64,000 nt of DNA, from assembly GCA_008080735.1 (NCBI GenBank), contig SHMW01000006.1, positions 1-64,000 on the forward strand. Reading direction: 5' to 3'. This document shows positions 29,960-40,576 of the stretch, one piece after another (within the stretch, counting starts at the first letter, position 1; every line of letters starts with the position of its first letter). The notes beneath the pieces were generated by a model. The model was not told the origin of the DNA. It made no database searches and saw only the letters and a program-made list of their open reading frames with translations. Origin of the DNA: Promethearchaeota archaeon (GTDB taxonomy: Archaea; Asgardarchaeota; Lokiarchaeia; Sigyniarchaeales; SOKP01). Made by a program: the position numbers and the translations under genes.

Positions 29960-30472
29960 ATGAATTACACTCGAAACGACTTATTACTCGCAGATGCAAC
30001 AATGAATCAGTTGCGTAATGCAATTTATCATCTGGCCCGATTTATGAACAAAAACGGCGTTGATAATTTGAAGGAACGATTGCGTGAGATGGGGAAGAAT
30101 ATTTCCAAAACATATTTGAAATACTGGAGCCCCACCGAAACCGTAAATTTAGACAACGTTCGGGAAGTAATCGCAACCATTTATAATAAAATATTGCAGA
30201 GCTCGGTTTCTGTTGAATTAAACGAAGCAGAGAACTTAGTTGTTGTCCATGATTCCAGTTGCCCGTTATGTAAATACCAATACGATGATATTCATATCGC
30301 GGGATGCGAGATCATCTTAGGAATGATTTCAGAATATATCAATCTGATCAATGGAAATTCCCGGGACAAAACAATCCTTATTACGGAACCAGTCAGAGTT
30401 CAAGAATCAAGGGCGCTGGGAAATAATTCATGCGTCCAGATTTTTAAATATAGAGTAGGAGGAGATCTATAG
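29960..30472 (+). CDS. V4R / TRAPP Bet3-like domain protein
   Basis: ERLREMGKNI..IYNKIL..HDSSCPLC..GCEIILGMI..ESRALGNNSC. Confidence 0.65.
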   Translation: MNYTRNDLLLADATMNQLRNAIYHLARFMNKNGVDNLKERLREMGKNISKTYLKYWSPTETVNLDNVREVIATIYNKILQSSVSVELNEAENLVVVHDSSCPLCKYQYDDIHIAGCEIILGMISEYINLINGNSRDKTILITEPVRVQESRALGNNSCVQIFKYRVGGDL

Positions 30473-31935
30473 TGGGAGCAGTTAAATGGTTGATGAAGAG
30501 AATCACAAAAGCGTTCGGGACCAACACAAGTTCCTTATTTTATTCTCTGCTCTACAGAGAAATGTTGAAAGAAGTGAATAATATTACAGATGACGAGGAA
30601 TTATCTATTTTAGTTATGCGAGAAATCGGAAAAAAAGCCGCTACCGAATCTTGCGAACGTCACTCCACTATATTTAAATTTATGCCCGGAACACCCGAGA
30701 AAGTATTAAATTATTTTGAGATTTTATGGGTGGTGGTATTTGGAAAGGAATTGGAAGATCTGGAATATGAAGAAATCCCCAAGGAAGGCTCAAATTACAA
30801 CGATTATATCCTCAAGATCCAGAATTGTCCCATCTGCGCGAGTTATGGGACAGATTCCGAAGACTCGTTTGATGTCTCGAAACTTTCTCCAGAAAGCGAA
30901 GGTATGGCATGCGGACTCTGCGGCATGTTGCAGAGTGTTGCAAACTTCATCTTACGTGTCAAACAAAACGATTATCGCATACAGATGATCGAACAAAAAT
31001 GCATGGCGAAAGGTGATGAGTGCCTTCAATTGCTCTGTAAAGTCCATGATTATACGGAATGGCAAGAATATAAAGCGGATCAGAAAAAGGAGGAACTACT
31101 CTCAAAAGTCTTTATGGAAGAGGATAAGGAAGAATTTATGCCGAAGGCCAAATTAGATATGGTTGATAAACTCCAAGATGCCCTTTCTTTGGATAAATTA
31201 GAAGAGATTCTTGACGAGCCCTTAGAAGTCATCAAGCAACGGGTCTCCGATATCATTCGGGATAAGTTGGGGATGGAGCCTGAGCATTTTTTTGATTACT
31301 TCCGCAATTATGAGGATGATATGATCCGCATTATCGGATACTTATTTATTCATCTGCTCAATGAATTCGGCAACCTCATTGAAAAAATATTAGAAAATGA
31401 TACCATGGCACGCGCGATCGGATATTTATTCAAACAATTGAAAGAGATGGTGTTATTATTCATCCCATTAGATGTGGTCAATGATTATCATAACCTCTTG
31501 ATAAACTTTTTAGAAGGATTAGCCCCCGAAGAGATGGTCGAGAATGTAAAGCAATATTCAGGAAAGGATGATATCAACTTTCTTTTTGATGGGGCACGGA
31601 TGGCTTTGGAAGATCTTGGGATTGAATTTGCTGAATTGAAGGAAAATGTATGGGAAGAACTTAAAAAGGAACGGGAGGATGGGTTAATCTCTGCCGACCC
31701 TTCGATGATGGATAAAACCCAAGAAAAAGCACCGAAAATAATTCAGATCCTCCAAGAGTTGGTAATGCTCATTACTGAGATTCTTACATTACCAATACGT
31801 GTAAGTGTTTCTGAGGCTCATTATGGTGTAAAAACTGCGGTGAATTCTGTGGTTTCGGAGGAAGAAGGATTAGCTGGCTCCATTAGAAATAGGTTTGATA
31901 GGATCTTTGACGAAATCCAAGCATTACGACAATAA
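30472..31935 (+). CDS. V4R / TRAPP Bet3-like domain fused to a large acidic helical domain
   Basis: MREIGKKAA..ILWVVVFGKELEDL..NCPIC..CGLCGMLQ..EQKCMAKGDEC; stop/start overlap (TAGTG) with the upstream gene. Confidence 0.65.
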   Translation: MGAVKWLMKRITKAFGTNTSSLFYSLLYREMLKEVNNITDDEELSILVMREIGKKAATESCERHSTIFKFMPGTPEKVLNYFEILWVVVFGKELEDLEYEEIPKEGSNYNDYILKIQNCPICASYGTDSEDSFDVSKLSPESEGMACGLCGMLQSVANFILRVKQNDYRIQMIEQKCMAKGDECLQLLCKVHDYTEWQEYKADQKKEELLSKVFMEEDKEEFMPKAKLDMVDKLQDALSLDKLEEILDEPLEVIKQRVSDIIRDKLGMEPEHFFDYFRNYEDDMIRIIGYLFIHLLNEFGNLIEKILENDTMARAIGYLFKQLKEMVLLFIPLDVVNDYHNLLINFLEGLAPEEMVENVKQYSGKDDINFLFDGARMALEDLGIEFAELKENVWEELKKEREDGLISADPSMMDKTQEKAPKIIQILQELVMLITEILTLPIRVSVSEAHYGVKTAVNSVVSEEEGLAGSIRNRFDRIFDEIQALRQ

Positions 31936-32054
31936 ATTTATCATCTAAAGTTATTTCTTATATTGTTTTTTCAATTCAATTTTTCAACAAAATTTCGAAA
32001 ATTAAAAAAAAGGATAAAAAATTTTGTATTTTACTTTATCTGCTTAATTTTTGC

Positions 32055-32762
32055 CTATGTCTTCAAACCCAAATACATCCATACCGCAAATGTACTCATT
32101 ATAATCCTGACAAACCCAATCGCAAGTGGGATTGTTAATATTGAATCTAATGCGCCGCATACTACGAATACTGTAAAACCTATAGAAAGATAAACAAATT
32201 TTTTCCGTAATTCTCCAGTTGCTTGTCTTGCTTTAAGGGCGAATCCGATACTCTCAAAAATTAGAACAGAAATCAAGAATATTGCGACGAACCAGAATGT
32301 CGGGAACGTGCGTATAAATTCACCATTGATTAAATCTTCACCTGGTACACCATCTCCACCAAGAGGATAATTGAAAGATTGAGTGTTAAAGAAGATTATT
32401 AGAATATCAAATATCACACCTAAAACGGCATAAATCCCAACAATTATTGCTTTTTTATCCGGAACAAGGAGTTCAGCCCCAAGATACATAGCCACGATCA
32501 CCGCAGGCGCAACCCATATATAGCTAAGAATTCCATATAATATATCTGGGCTTAAATTTGTCTGAAAGAGCAATACCAAAAAAAATTCTGTGAAAGGCCC
32601 CAGCCAGAACAAACCAATGAAAATCATCATTGCTCCCGCATAATATAACAATTTTGCGCCCATTTTTCTTGCGTTATAGAATGATAATCCACCGAAAATA
32701 ACTGATGACAAAATAATAATAGATGCGGTTATTCCGTCTAAAATTCCTATTTCACTTACCAT
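32055..32762 (-). CDS. Hypothetical multi-pass (about 7 TM) membrane protein
   Basis: About seven hydrophobic segments and no soluble domain. Confidence 0.7.
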   Translation of the reverse strand: MVSEIGILDGITASIIILSSVIFGGLSFYNARKMGAKLLYYAGAMMIFIGLFWLGPFTEFFLVLLFQTNLSPDILYGILSYIWVAPAVIVAMYLGAELLVPDKKAIIVGIYAVLGVIFDILIIFFNTQSFNYPLGGDGVPGEDLINGEFIRTFPTFWFVAIFLISVLIFESIGFALKARQATGELRKKFVYLSIGFTVFVVCGALDSILTIPLAIGFVRIIMSTFAVWMYLGLKT

Positions 32763-33026
32763 TTTAATCTACTCTTTTATAATTTTTTTCTATTCCTAAT
32801 TAAATAAATCAATATTGCTAGTATTGTTTTACAAGATATTTAAATATATAATAGTTTGTATTTTGCTCATATATATATAACTTAGGGATCTAGCTTTTTA
32901 ATTCCATTTTCTACCGATATATCGATATTCCATTTTCATGTCAAGGCTTCATATATAAATACTTAATTAACATAACTAATGATCAAGTCGATGTATTTAA
33001 TATTATTTAAATAGAAAATTATTATC

Positions 33027-35603
33027 ATGAATCGTACATCTCAAAGTGTTAAAAAAAATGTTGTTGAATTTTCTGCTGCACTCATTGCGACTATCGTACT
33101 AATTCTTCTTTTTAGCTTACCGCTGGTGTTATTTCCCTTAGGAGATCTTCTATTTCCCGGAAATGGATTATGGACGATGCCCGGAGAACCAAATAGCGAA
33201 ATTCTTTATATTAATGGAATGGATGAGGAGGTCACGGTTATTCGAGACGAATGGGGGATCCCTCATATCTATGCTAAAACAGACAATGATTTATTTTTTG
33301 CTCAAGGCTATCTCCATGCCCAAGATAGATTTTTCCAAATGGATTTGATTCGCAGACAAGTACGGGGACAATTATCAGAAGTACTTGGCGAAAGTGCTTT
33401 GGAGCAAGATAAATTAAGTCTTGCGATGGGAATGGAATATTGGGCAAAAAAGACTGACAATGAACTCAGAACAAACTATACTGAATTTCTGGCTCCCTTT
33501 GAACGATATGTGGATGGTATAAATTATTATTTGCAGACCAACCAAGATAAACTGCCCTTGGAATATCAATTACTAGGATTTGAACCAAAACCTTGGAGCA
33601 GCGTGGATACGTTATGTCTTGTCCAAGAGATGGCTCGTCAATTGTCTTGGAATTACAATGACTTGTATCGTTCCTCTAATTATGAGGGATTAGGAAAAGA
33701 AAAATACCTTGAACTGTTTAATCCATTCCTGCCATATCAAATCCCTATCTGTCCAAATTATTCCAGCTATGAAACCACTCCCAAGTATTCAGCAAGTAGT
33801 ACTTCATCCATGCCATCGATCAAATCATCCGTTGACGGATTTTTAAGAGAGATTGAAAACATAGCTTCAGAAAAAAAGTTAATTGAGGCGATTGAATTAC
33901 AAGGCTCGAATAATTGGGTTGTGAATGGTTCCAAAACGGCTACTGGGAGCCCTATCCTCTGTAATGATATGCATCTCGCATGGATATTACCGGGGGTATG
34001 GTACGAGCAACACCTTATTTCAGAGGAGACCGATCTCAATTCGTACGGATTTTCAATTCCGGGGATGCCACTCATTGCCGTAGGTCATAATCAATATCTC
34101 GCGTGGGGCTTCACAAATACGGGTTATGATGTTATGGATTGGTATTACTACCATGAAGAGAATGATACACATTATGTGTACAAAGAAACCTTTAAACCCT
34201 TTACTACCAGAGACTATACAATCAAAGTTAGCGGGGGAGATGATGTATCTTTCACCGTAAGAGAGACTGATAATGGTCCAGTATTAACTGACTTCATAAG
34301 TGGTGCAATCCCTAACGATCTGAAAACATCAGACATCATTTTTTCTGCTAAATGGATGGGTAATGATATCTTCTTGAACCTTTTAGCCGGAGAAGGTTTT
34401 AATCGCGCTAAAAATCGGGAAGAATTTAATGAGGCCTCAAAATACTGGGATACTTTAGCACAAAATATCGTCTATGCGGATATTGATGGAAATATTGCTA
34501 TTCGACCTACGGGAAGAGTTCCAATCCGAAACGATACAAATATTCCGGTGGATCATTTAGGAAATGGAACGCTCCCATACAATGGATCAAATGGGGAAGG
34601 AAAGTGGGTTGGTGAAGTTCCCTTCGATCAATTACCTAATTCTCTTAATCCAGCTCAAGGGTATTTAGTATCAGCAAACCAAATCGTAGTTGGACCTGAT
34701 TATAATTTTAGTAAATATTTCCTACAAAACGAATATGCGAATGGATACAGAGCTCGTAGAATAAACGAGCTTCTCAATACCACAGATAATATAACTGTTG
34801 ATAAAATGAAGGAATTTCAATTAGATGTGAACTCTTCCGCTGCCAGAGCATTTATTCCCACATTATTAGATGTGATAGATTATAACTATAGCGGAAATAT
34901 TCCCTCAGAACTTACGGGCGCATATGATCTACTTGAATCTTGGGGGTATATAATGGATAAAGATGAGGCCGCACCAACGATATATCGTAAATGGCGTGAT
35001 TTCTTTTATGATCTAACGTTTAACGATGATATCGATTTTTATAATTTAAGTCGTGGACCTCAGCTTGTCATGCTGGAGTATTTAATGAATAATGAGACTT
35101 CTCATTGGTTTAATAATATCTCGAGTGGAACACCAGTACCAATGACACGAAATCATACGATGCTTCTTGCATTTAATCAAACGATTGATTGGTTAGAAAC
35201 CATCTTCGGAACAGATGATCCTAATCAATGGATTTGGGGGGCACTCCATCAATTACAATTTACCCATTTATCGGGATTAGATGCTTTTAATGTTGGACCG
35301 CTCCCAGGAGATGGAGAGGGATATACTGTTAATCCATCTGGAGCCAATATTGATGAGGATGGGGGTATAGCTCAAGGAGGCGCATCGGAACGCTTAATTG
35401 TCGACCTTAGCGATTTAGGAAACTCGATCAGCGTTATTCCATCGGGGCAGTCGGGACATCCCTATCAAAAACATTATTCAGATCAACTCACCGAGCTTTT
35501 TCTCCAAGGAAAATATCATTCTCAATATTATGATTATACCATATCAGATTTTGAAATGATAGAATCTACATTGATATTTAGACCAGTAGGAGGTCGTTTT
35601 TAA
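33027..35603 (+). CDS. Penicillin acylase family (Ntn hydrolase, peptidase S45), N-terminally anchored
   Basis: IRDEWGIPHIYA, AQGYLHAQDRFFQMD, GSNNWVV nucleophile Ser, NDMHL, SGQSGHP. Confidence 0.93.
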   Translation: MNRTSQSVKKNVVEFSAALIATIVLILLFSLPLVLFPLGDLLFPGNGLWTMPGEPNSEILYINGMDEEVTVIRDEWGIPHIYAKTDNDLFFAQGYLHAQDRFFQMDLIRRQVRGQLSEVLGESALEQDKLSLAMGMEYWAKKTDNELRTNYTEFLAPFERYVDGINYYLQTNQDKLPLEYQLLGFEPKPWSSVDTLCLVQEMARQLSWNYNDLYRSSNYEGLGKEKYLELFNPFLPYQIPICPNYSSYETTPKYSASSTSSMPSIKSSVDGFLREIENIASEKKLIEAIELQGSNNWVVNGSKTATGSPILCNDMHLAWILPGVWYEQHLISEETDLNSYGFSIPGMPLIAVGHNQYLAWGFTNTGYDVMDWYYYHEENDTHYVYKETFKPFTTRDYTIKVSGGDDVSFTVRETDNGPVLTDFISGAIPNDLKTSDIIFSAKWMGNDIFLNLLAGEGFNRAKNREEFNEASKYWDTLAQNIVYADIDGNIAIRPTGRVPIRNDTNIPVDHLGNGTLPYNGSNGEGKWVGEVPFDQLPNSLNPAQGYLVSANQIVVGPDYNFSKYFLQNEYANGYRARRINELLNTTDNITVDKMKEFQLDVNSSAARAFIPTLLDVIDYNYSGNIPSELTGAYDLLESWGYIMDKDEAAPTIYRKWRDFFYDLTFNDDIDFYNLSRGPQLVMLEYLMNNETSHWFNNISSGTPVPMTRNHTMLLAFNQTIDWLETIFGTDDPNQWIWGALHQLQFTHLSGLDAFNVGPLPGDGEGYTVNPSGANIDEDGGIAQGGASERLIVDLSDLGNSISVIPSGQSGHPYQKHYSDQLTELFLQGKYHSQYYDYTISDFEMIESTLIFRPVGGRF

Positions 35604-35604
35604 A

Positions 35605-36036
35605 ATGGAAAATGAAAAATTTACTCTGCTTATTGGAACTATGATAAGTCTCTGCCTTGCTTCTATTTTATCACTAATTCCCGTGTGGCAACTGATTTTC
35701 ATAGCAGGAATTGCGGGAGGGATTATCAATAAAAAACCCAAATTTGGTGCGCTTAGCGGAGCATTAGGGGTCGGATTATTTTGGATACTCTATATGATTG
35801 ATGGAGTTTTCATTAAAGAATTATATGGCCTTTTTGATCTTATCGGAGAACTCATAATAGGCTCTTCGGGAATTGGATGGCTTCTCTTGCTAATCATCAT
35901 CATAATGGGATTTTTATTTGGGTTGCTGGGAGGTGTGCTTGGAAGTAGCGGTACGAATTTAGTTCTCTATTTCTATACAACTCACAAAAGTTCTGGAAGA
36001 AAAGTAGAAAATTCAATAAAATCATCCAAATCTTAA
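35605..36036 (+). CDS. Small Gly-rich membrane protein
   Basis: Hydrophobic GxxxG-rich helices; 1-nt gap from the acylase gene. Confidence 0.7.
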   Translation: MENEKFTLLIGTMISLCLASILSLIPVWQLIFIAGIAGGIINKKPKFGALSGALGVGLFWILYMIDGVFIKELYGLFDLIGELIIGSSGIGWLLLLIIIIMGFLFGLLGGVLGSSGTNLVLYFYTTHKSSGRKVENSIKSSKS

Positions 36037-36184
36037 CCCTTTTTTCTTTTTTTACTAAATACTTATAAATTCTAACTGTTTTAGCCCATCTTTTTAATTT
36101 TAATAAAAATCAACCTTATCTTCATATAGAATTTATCTTATCTAAATTGAGCAAAACATTCTTTTTCTTCTGATTCACAATAAA

Positions 36185-38284
36185 ATGCATATTTCTCCCG
36201 AGATTATTACCAAAAAATATGAAGACGGTGAACTAAATCGAAAATCTACCGTAAATGCGCTAATCTCATTGATAGAACATAATCCAGATAATGAAACGAG
36301 AAAAGAATGCATAAAAACAATCAGGACGCGAAAGTTTTGTGATAAAAATATCTTCATTCTATTGGAAAACTTGTTAGTTTCCGATTCTAATCTTGAAATT
36401 CGCCAAGAAGCGGCTAAAGCGATTTCTACATGCTTTAATAATATCTCTACAGAACCTATGAAATGGATTATTGAAAATGAAACCTCCTATGAAATTTTAC
36501 TCACCGCACTCAAGCTTTTAAAAGAAGTCGAACAAACCAACATAAAATCCTTTTTAATTGAAAAAATAAATGATTTTGATAAATCCTATTTTCAATCTGG
36601 AGAATTACAATCAGATTTTAACCATTACAGAGTAAATGTTCTAATTGATATTTATCTAAATTATATTACCATCCATCATCTCAAAAGGAAATTCAAAAAA
36701 CTAGAATATTCCACTAAGAATGGATATATTATTAAATTAGATTTTTCAAAGATCGATAATCGGATTGTAGGATGGAGATACAAGAATATATTGCGAAATC
36801 CATCTGAATTAAAGGGAATTCAATTACTTAAGAAATTGGAAAAATTAAAACCATTTTCTATTCAATGGACTATCCAAAATACCGTTACTTTCGATTGTCA
36901 AATAAATCTTTTAAACACCATCACAAAGTTAGACAATTCTTTTGCAAGAGAGTTTTTCCTACAAGAAATCAAATCGATTAAGAAAAAGAAATTTCAACAA
37001 TCATTTAAACAAATGAAGGAAAAGAGGATACCACTCTCAGAGCAGTCCCTACAATTCTTATCAAATATCCTCATAGCTTATATTTCTCTACAATTTTTAG
37101 AGCAAAAAACCTCCAATCTTCATTATACACTTGAAAAGGGACAAATAATCGAAATGGATTTATCGGGTAATACACTAATTAAAATTCCCGATTTAATTGG
37201 GAATTTTTTAACTCTTAAAGTATTAGACCTAAGCTCTTGTAAAATTTATTCGCTTCCCGAAACCATATTCAATCTCAAAAATCTGGAAGTATTGAATCTA
37301 GAAAAGAACCGATTACAAATACTTGCTGCAGATATTAATAAATTGACCGCATTAAGATATTTAAATGTATCACGAAATTGTTTAGAAATGGTCCCGAAAT
37401 CTCTCTCTCATTTGAAATTCTTACGGGAGCTTGATCTACAGCGAAATGATCTTACACGGCTCCCCGATGAAATTGGTTATCTGAAAAATCTAGAATCTCT
37501 CGACCTTAGTGGCAATCATCTAAATGAGATCCCCACAACAATTACAAAATTGAGTTCTTTGAAAGTATTAAATCTATATTTAAACAATCTCACGAAATTG
37601 CCTGAAAGCTGGGACGTATTAACTTCTTTAAATTATTTAAACTTAGATAATAATCAATTAACTCATATCCCAAACTCTATCTGTCTCTTAAAAAACTTAA
37701 AAAAACTTAAAGTGGCAGATAATAAACTGGCCTCTTTACCTGAAGAAATAGGATGTCTTAAGCATTTATGCGAGCTTGATTTGCGATGGAATAGATTGGA
37801 AGAAATACCTGAGTCAATAGGAACACTTTCTTCACTTCAAAAACTTTATTTAACACATAACCGATTAAAAAATTTACCATACTCAATTTCAAATCTTCTC
37901 TCTTTACGTTATTTAGACCTCACCTGGAATAATTTAAAATATATTCCCAAAAATATAGGAAAGCTTAATAATCTAGAAATTTTCATTTTGTCTCATAATA
38001 ATCTTTTAAACCTTCCCGAGTCGATTGGTAAGTTACAATCATTGAAATATCTGAATTTATGGGGGAATAAATTACAAAAGCTCCCCTTCTCAATAGGTGG
38101 ACTGAAAAATTTAGAAGATCTAAAGTTAAACGGAAATAATTTAGATTCTTTACCTGACTCATTTAAGAACTTAAATTCTCTTAAGAACTTGGCTCTTAAT
38201 AATAATCGATTAAGAAAACTTCCTGAAGTTGTTAATGAACTAAATGCTTTAAAAGACCTATCCTATAGATGGAATGAGATCTGA
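36185..38284 (+). CDS. HEAT-like N-terminus plus about 17 leucine-rich repeats
   Basis: LLENLLVSDSNLEIRQEAAKAI; 23-aa LRRs from about aa 320 to the end. Confidence 0.88.
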   Translation: MHISPEIITKKYEDGELNRKSTVNALISLIEHNPDNETRKECIKTIRTRKFCDKNIFILLENLLVSDSNLEIRQEAAKAISTCFNNISTEPMKWIIENETSYEILLTALKLLKEVEQTNIKSFLIEKINDFDKSYFQSGELQSDFNHYRVNVLIDIYLNYITIHHLKRKFKKLEYSTKNGYIIKLDFSKIDNRIVGWRYKNILRNPSELKGIQLLKKLEKLKPFSIQWTIQNTVTFDCQINLLNTITKLDNSFAREFFLQEIKSIKKKKFQQSFKQMKEKRIPLSEQSLQFLSNILIAYISLQFLEQKTSNLHYTLEKGQIIEMDLSGNTLIKIPDLIGNFLTLKVLDLSSCKIYSLPETIFNLKNLEVLNLEKNRLQILAADINKLTALRYLNVSRNCLEMVPKSLSHLKFLRELDLQRNDLTRLPDEIGYLKNLESLDLSGNHLNEIPTTITKLSSLKVLNLYLNNLTKLPESWDVLTSLNYLNLDNNQLTHIPNSICLLKNLKKLKVADNKLASLPEEIGCLKHLCELDLRWNRLEEIPESIGTLSSLQKLYLTHNRLKNLPYSISNLLSLRYLDLTWNNLKYIPKNIGKLNNLEIFILSHNNLLNLPESIGKLQSLKYLNLWGNKLQKLPFSIGGLKNLEDLKLNGNNLDSLPDSFKNLNSLKNLALNNNRLRKLPEVVNELNALKDLSYRWNEI

Positions 38285-38332
38285 GCTGAATTAAATATAG
38301 CTATAATACTATGTACTCAGAAGGGATTGAAA

Positions 38333-40504
38333 TTATTTTAATTTATTCTTCTTATATATTTCATAAAACCAGTCTACAATATGTTGAAAGAAGAAACGCT
38401 CCCTTAATACATCATAATGCGATTTTTCCCTGAGACTAGTGAGCTTGGCAATATCTTCTGAATTAATTTTGCCTTCCTTAATCAAATTCATTCTCGCTTT
38501 AAATTGGTCGACCATATTTATTGGTCTCAGAATCACAGAAATCGCCTCTGAGATAGAATCCATTATTGTTTCAAAATTTTTATTTTTCATATAATTTTGA
38601 TGGTGTGTTCTCAGCAAGAATGATTTAATTTGATTAATGAGGATATCTTTCTTATCAAAATTGATAAATTCCTTCTTTTTAATCAATTTATCCAGGTATT
38701 CGACTACTTCATTGATAACCGCTCTTTCGAGGTTTAGATTTCTCATTTGTCTGCGCAACTTATTCAAAAACTGCCGTTTAAGAAACTGTTTATATTTTAT
38801 GATGATTGCTTCATTTTCCCGAATATCAGAACATATTTCCACTACTTCCCCTTTTGGTGTGGCATAAGTGAATCCATGGCCTTGAGGCCCCAAACCTCCA
38901 AGCAAAACCATTGAAAGGCTATGAAATCCATAGGTGTCTGTTGAGATTATTTCTTTTCTGTTATTTACAATATTTTTTGGAGATACTAAATGTTTTTTGA
39001 TTTCTCTCTCTTCTCGTTCTTGTAGTGTACCATAATAATTAATTTTATATCGATAGACCATATTAAATTCTAAGAATCCATCTTCGGTGAGTCCTCCTCT
39101 TTCGGGGTTATAGTAATGTTTTTTGAATTCCTTAATGAAATGGAGGCTTGAACCCAAATTTTTAACACTCAATCCATATATAGAGTATGTGTTGAAGAAA
39201 GAATTCTTAATATAATAAATCAACTGATCAATATCACTATAGAATGAATAGGCATTAGGATAATTTACAAAATACTCATATAGTTCCCGTGGAAGTTCTC
39301 TTGATACGAAATAGATTAAATAATTATTCACATTTCCAAAAAGATCCTCTAAATTCGCGATAAAAAGTTTATCCTTTTTGATTCGATTAATCTTGACCAT
39401 ATCATATTCGTTTAATTCCCTAATTAGTAAGCCAAATGTGTTGCAAAATCGTACTATGTCAATAATTTTTCCCAAACTCGAAGTTTGGTATCCCACGCTC
39501 ACATCTTGAATACAATCAATAATAAGTTTTGAAATAATCTCAAAACGATCTGGAATTTTTCTGGCGTCTATAAATATATCGAGTTTATCGGAATTTTTTA
39601 CAAGTTGAGCGAATTTTTCAAAATGACTTGCCTCCAAATCTAATGCTAATCCCTTGTAAAAACTCTCTTCAATTTTTTCTTTATTTTCCACTTTTGAGAG
39701 TAATTTAGAGAATTTTAGATTTCCTCCTTCATTAGATATAAGATGGTCAATTGCATATTTAATTTTTTTATATTCTCCCGATTGAAGAGAATCATTAATC
39801 GCATTAATTACTATCTCTTGGATGTTATTCCGCTTAAGTTGATCATGTTGAATATCATTTTTTTCCAGAAAATTATAGAAATATATAAGATATTGTAAGT
39901 TCCCACTTTTTAGAAAATAGTCAAAAGAGTCTCGAAGCAATTGAACGATGAAACTAAATATTTTTTGATTTTCATCTTTTTTGTTAAATAATTCTCTTTG
40001 TGTTTTTGTATTTTTTTGGATCCAATCTCGTACATACATAAGAAAAATGGGAAGATTTTCGGTGTTATGATATATCTGTACATTTCTTTGGCATTGGCGA
40101 CAAAAATAAATCATTCTATTTTCATTAAATGCATAAGAACTCTGGGATATAGAAGAGCTGTTGCATTCCGAGCACCTCTTCTCAAAAAGAAGTCTTATAA
40201 TTACATTTTGTAAAAATCTCTCCATTATTATTGAATTAAGAAAATCATATTCCAATAATCCATTTTCTTTCAGAGATATTAGATGGGTTCCATATTCCTT
40301 GAAAATCTTTTTATAATAGAGGTTTTTTTTATGTTTTCCGTCGCTTTTAAATTGCTGCTTAATATTATAGATTTTCTCTGATAGTTCTATCTCTTTCGAA
40401 GCGATTTGTTTTCTTATTTTCTTTAAATCTATCTCGCCTTCTTTAATTACGTCAATGATAGTGATTTTTAGCTTATCAAAAAACTGCTCTGAGAAGATAT
40501 GCAT
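38333..40504 (-). CDS. Large hypothetical protein with a CxxC..CxxC Zn-binding motif
   Basis: 723-aa ORF; CSEC..CRQC; block LGGLGPQGHGFTYATPKGEVVEICSD. Confidence 0.7.
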   Translation of the reverse strand: MHIFSEQFFDKLKITIIDVIKEGEIDLKKIRKQIASKEIELSEKIYNIKQQFKSDGKHKKNLYYKKIFKEYGTHLISLKENGLLEYDFLNSIIMERFLQNVIIRLLFEKRCSECNSSSISQSSYAFNENRMIYFCRQCQRNVQIYHNTENLPIFLMYVRDWIQKNTKTQRELFNKKDENQKIFSFIVQLLRDSFDYFLKSGNLQYLIYFYNFLEKNDIQHDQLKRNNIQEIVINAINDSLQSGEYKKIKYAIDHLISNEGGNLKFSKLLSKVENKEKIEESFYKGLALDLEASHFEKFAQLVKNSDKLDIFIDARKIPDRFEIISKLIIDCIQDVSVGYQTSSLGKIIDIVRFCNTFGLLIRELNEYDMVKINRIKKDKLFIANLEDLFGNVNNYLIYFVSRELPRELYEYFVNYPNAYSFYSDIDQLIYYIKNSFFNTYSIYGLSVKNLGSSLHFIKEFKKHYYNPERGGLTEDGFLEFNMVYRYKINYYGTLQEREEREIKKHLVSPKNIVNNRKEIISTDTYGFHSLSMVLLGGLGPQGHGFTYATPKGEVVEICSDIRENEAIIIKYKQFLKRQFLNKLRRQMRNLNLERAVINEVVEYLDKLIKKKEFINFDKKDILINQIKSFLLRTHHQNYMKNKNFETIMDSISEAISVILRPINMVDQFKARMNLIKEGKINSEDIAKLTSLREKSHYDVLRERFFFQHIVDWFYEIYKKNKLK

Positions 40505-40576
40505 AGATCCAATTAATTTAAAACAAAATAAGGTAATAAAATTATGGTTGAGATATTATAAGTTGTGATCTAATTT

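Noticed and set aside
27399-38284. Periodic sequence in the LRR genes as a possible CRISPR array or DGR target
   Set aside because: The periodicity is the 69-nt protein repeat with degenerate DNA; no identical repeats with spacers and no reverse transcriptase in the window
38282-38284. TGA as a possible selenocysteine codon in the LRR gene
   Set aside because: Not a Cys-equivalent redox position and no SECIS-like hairpin recognised downstream
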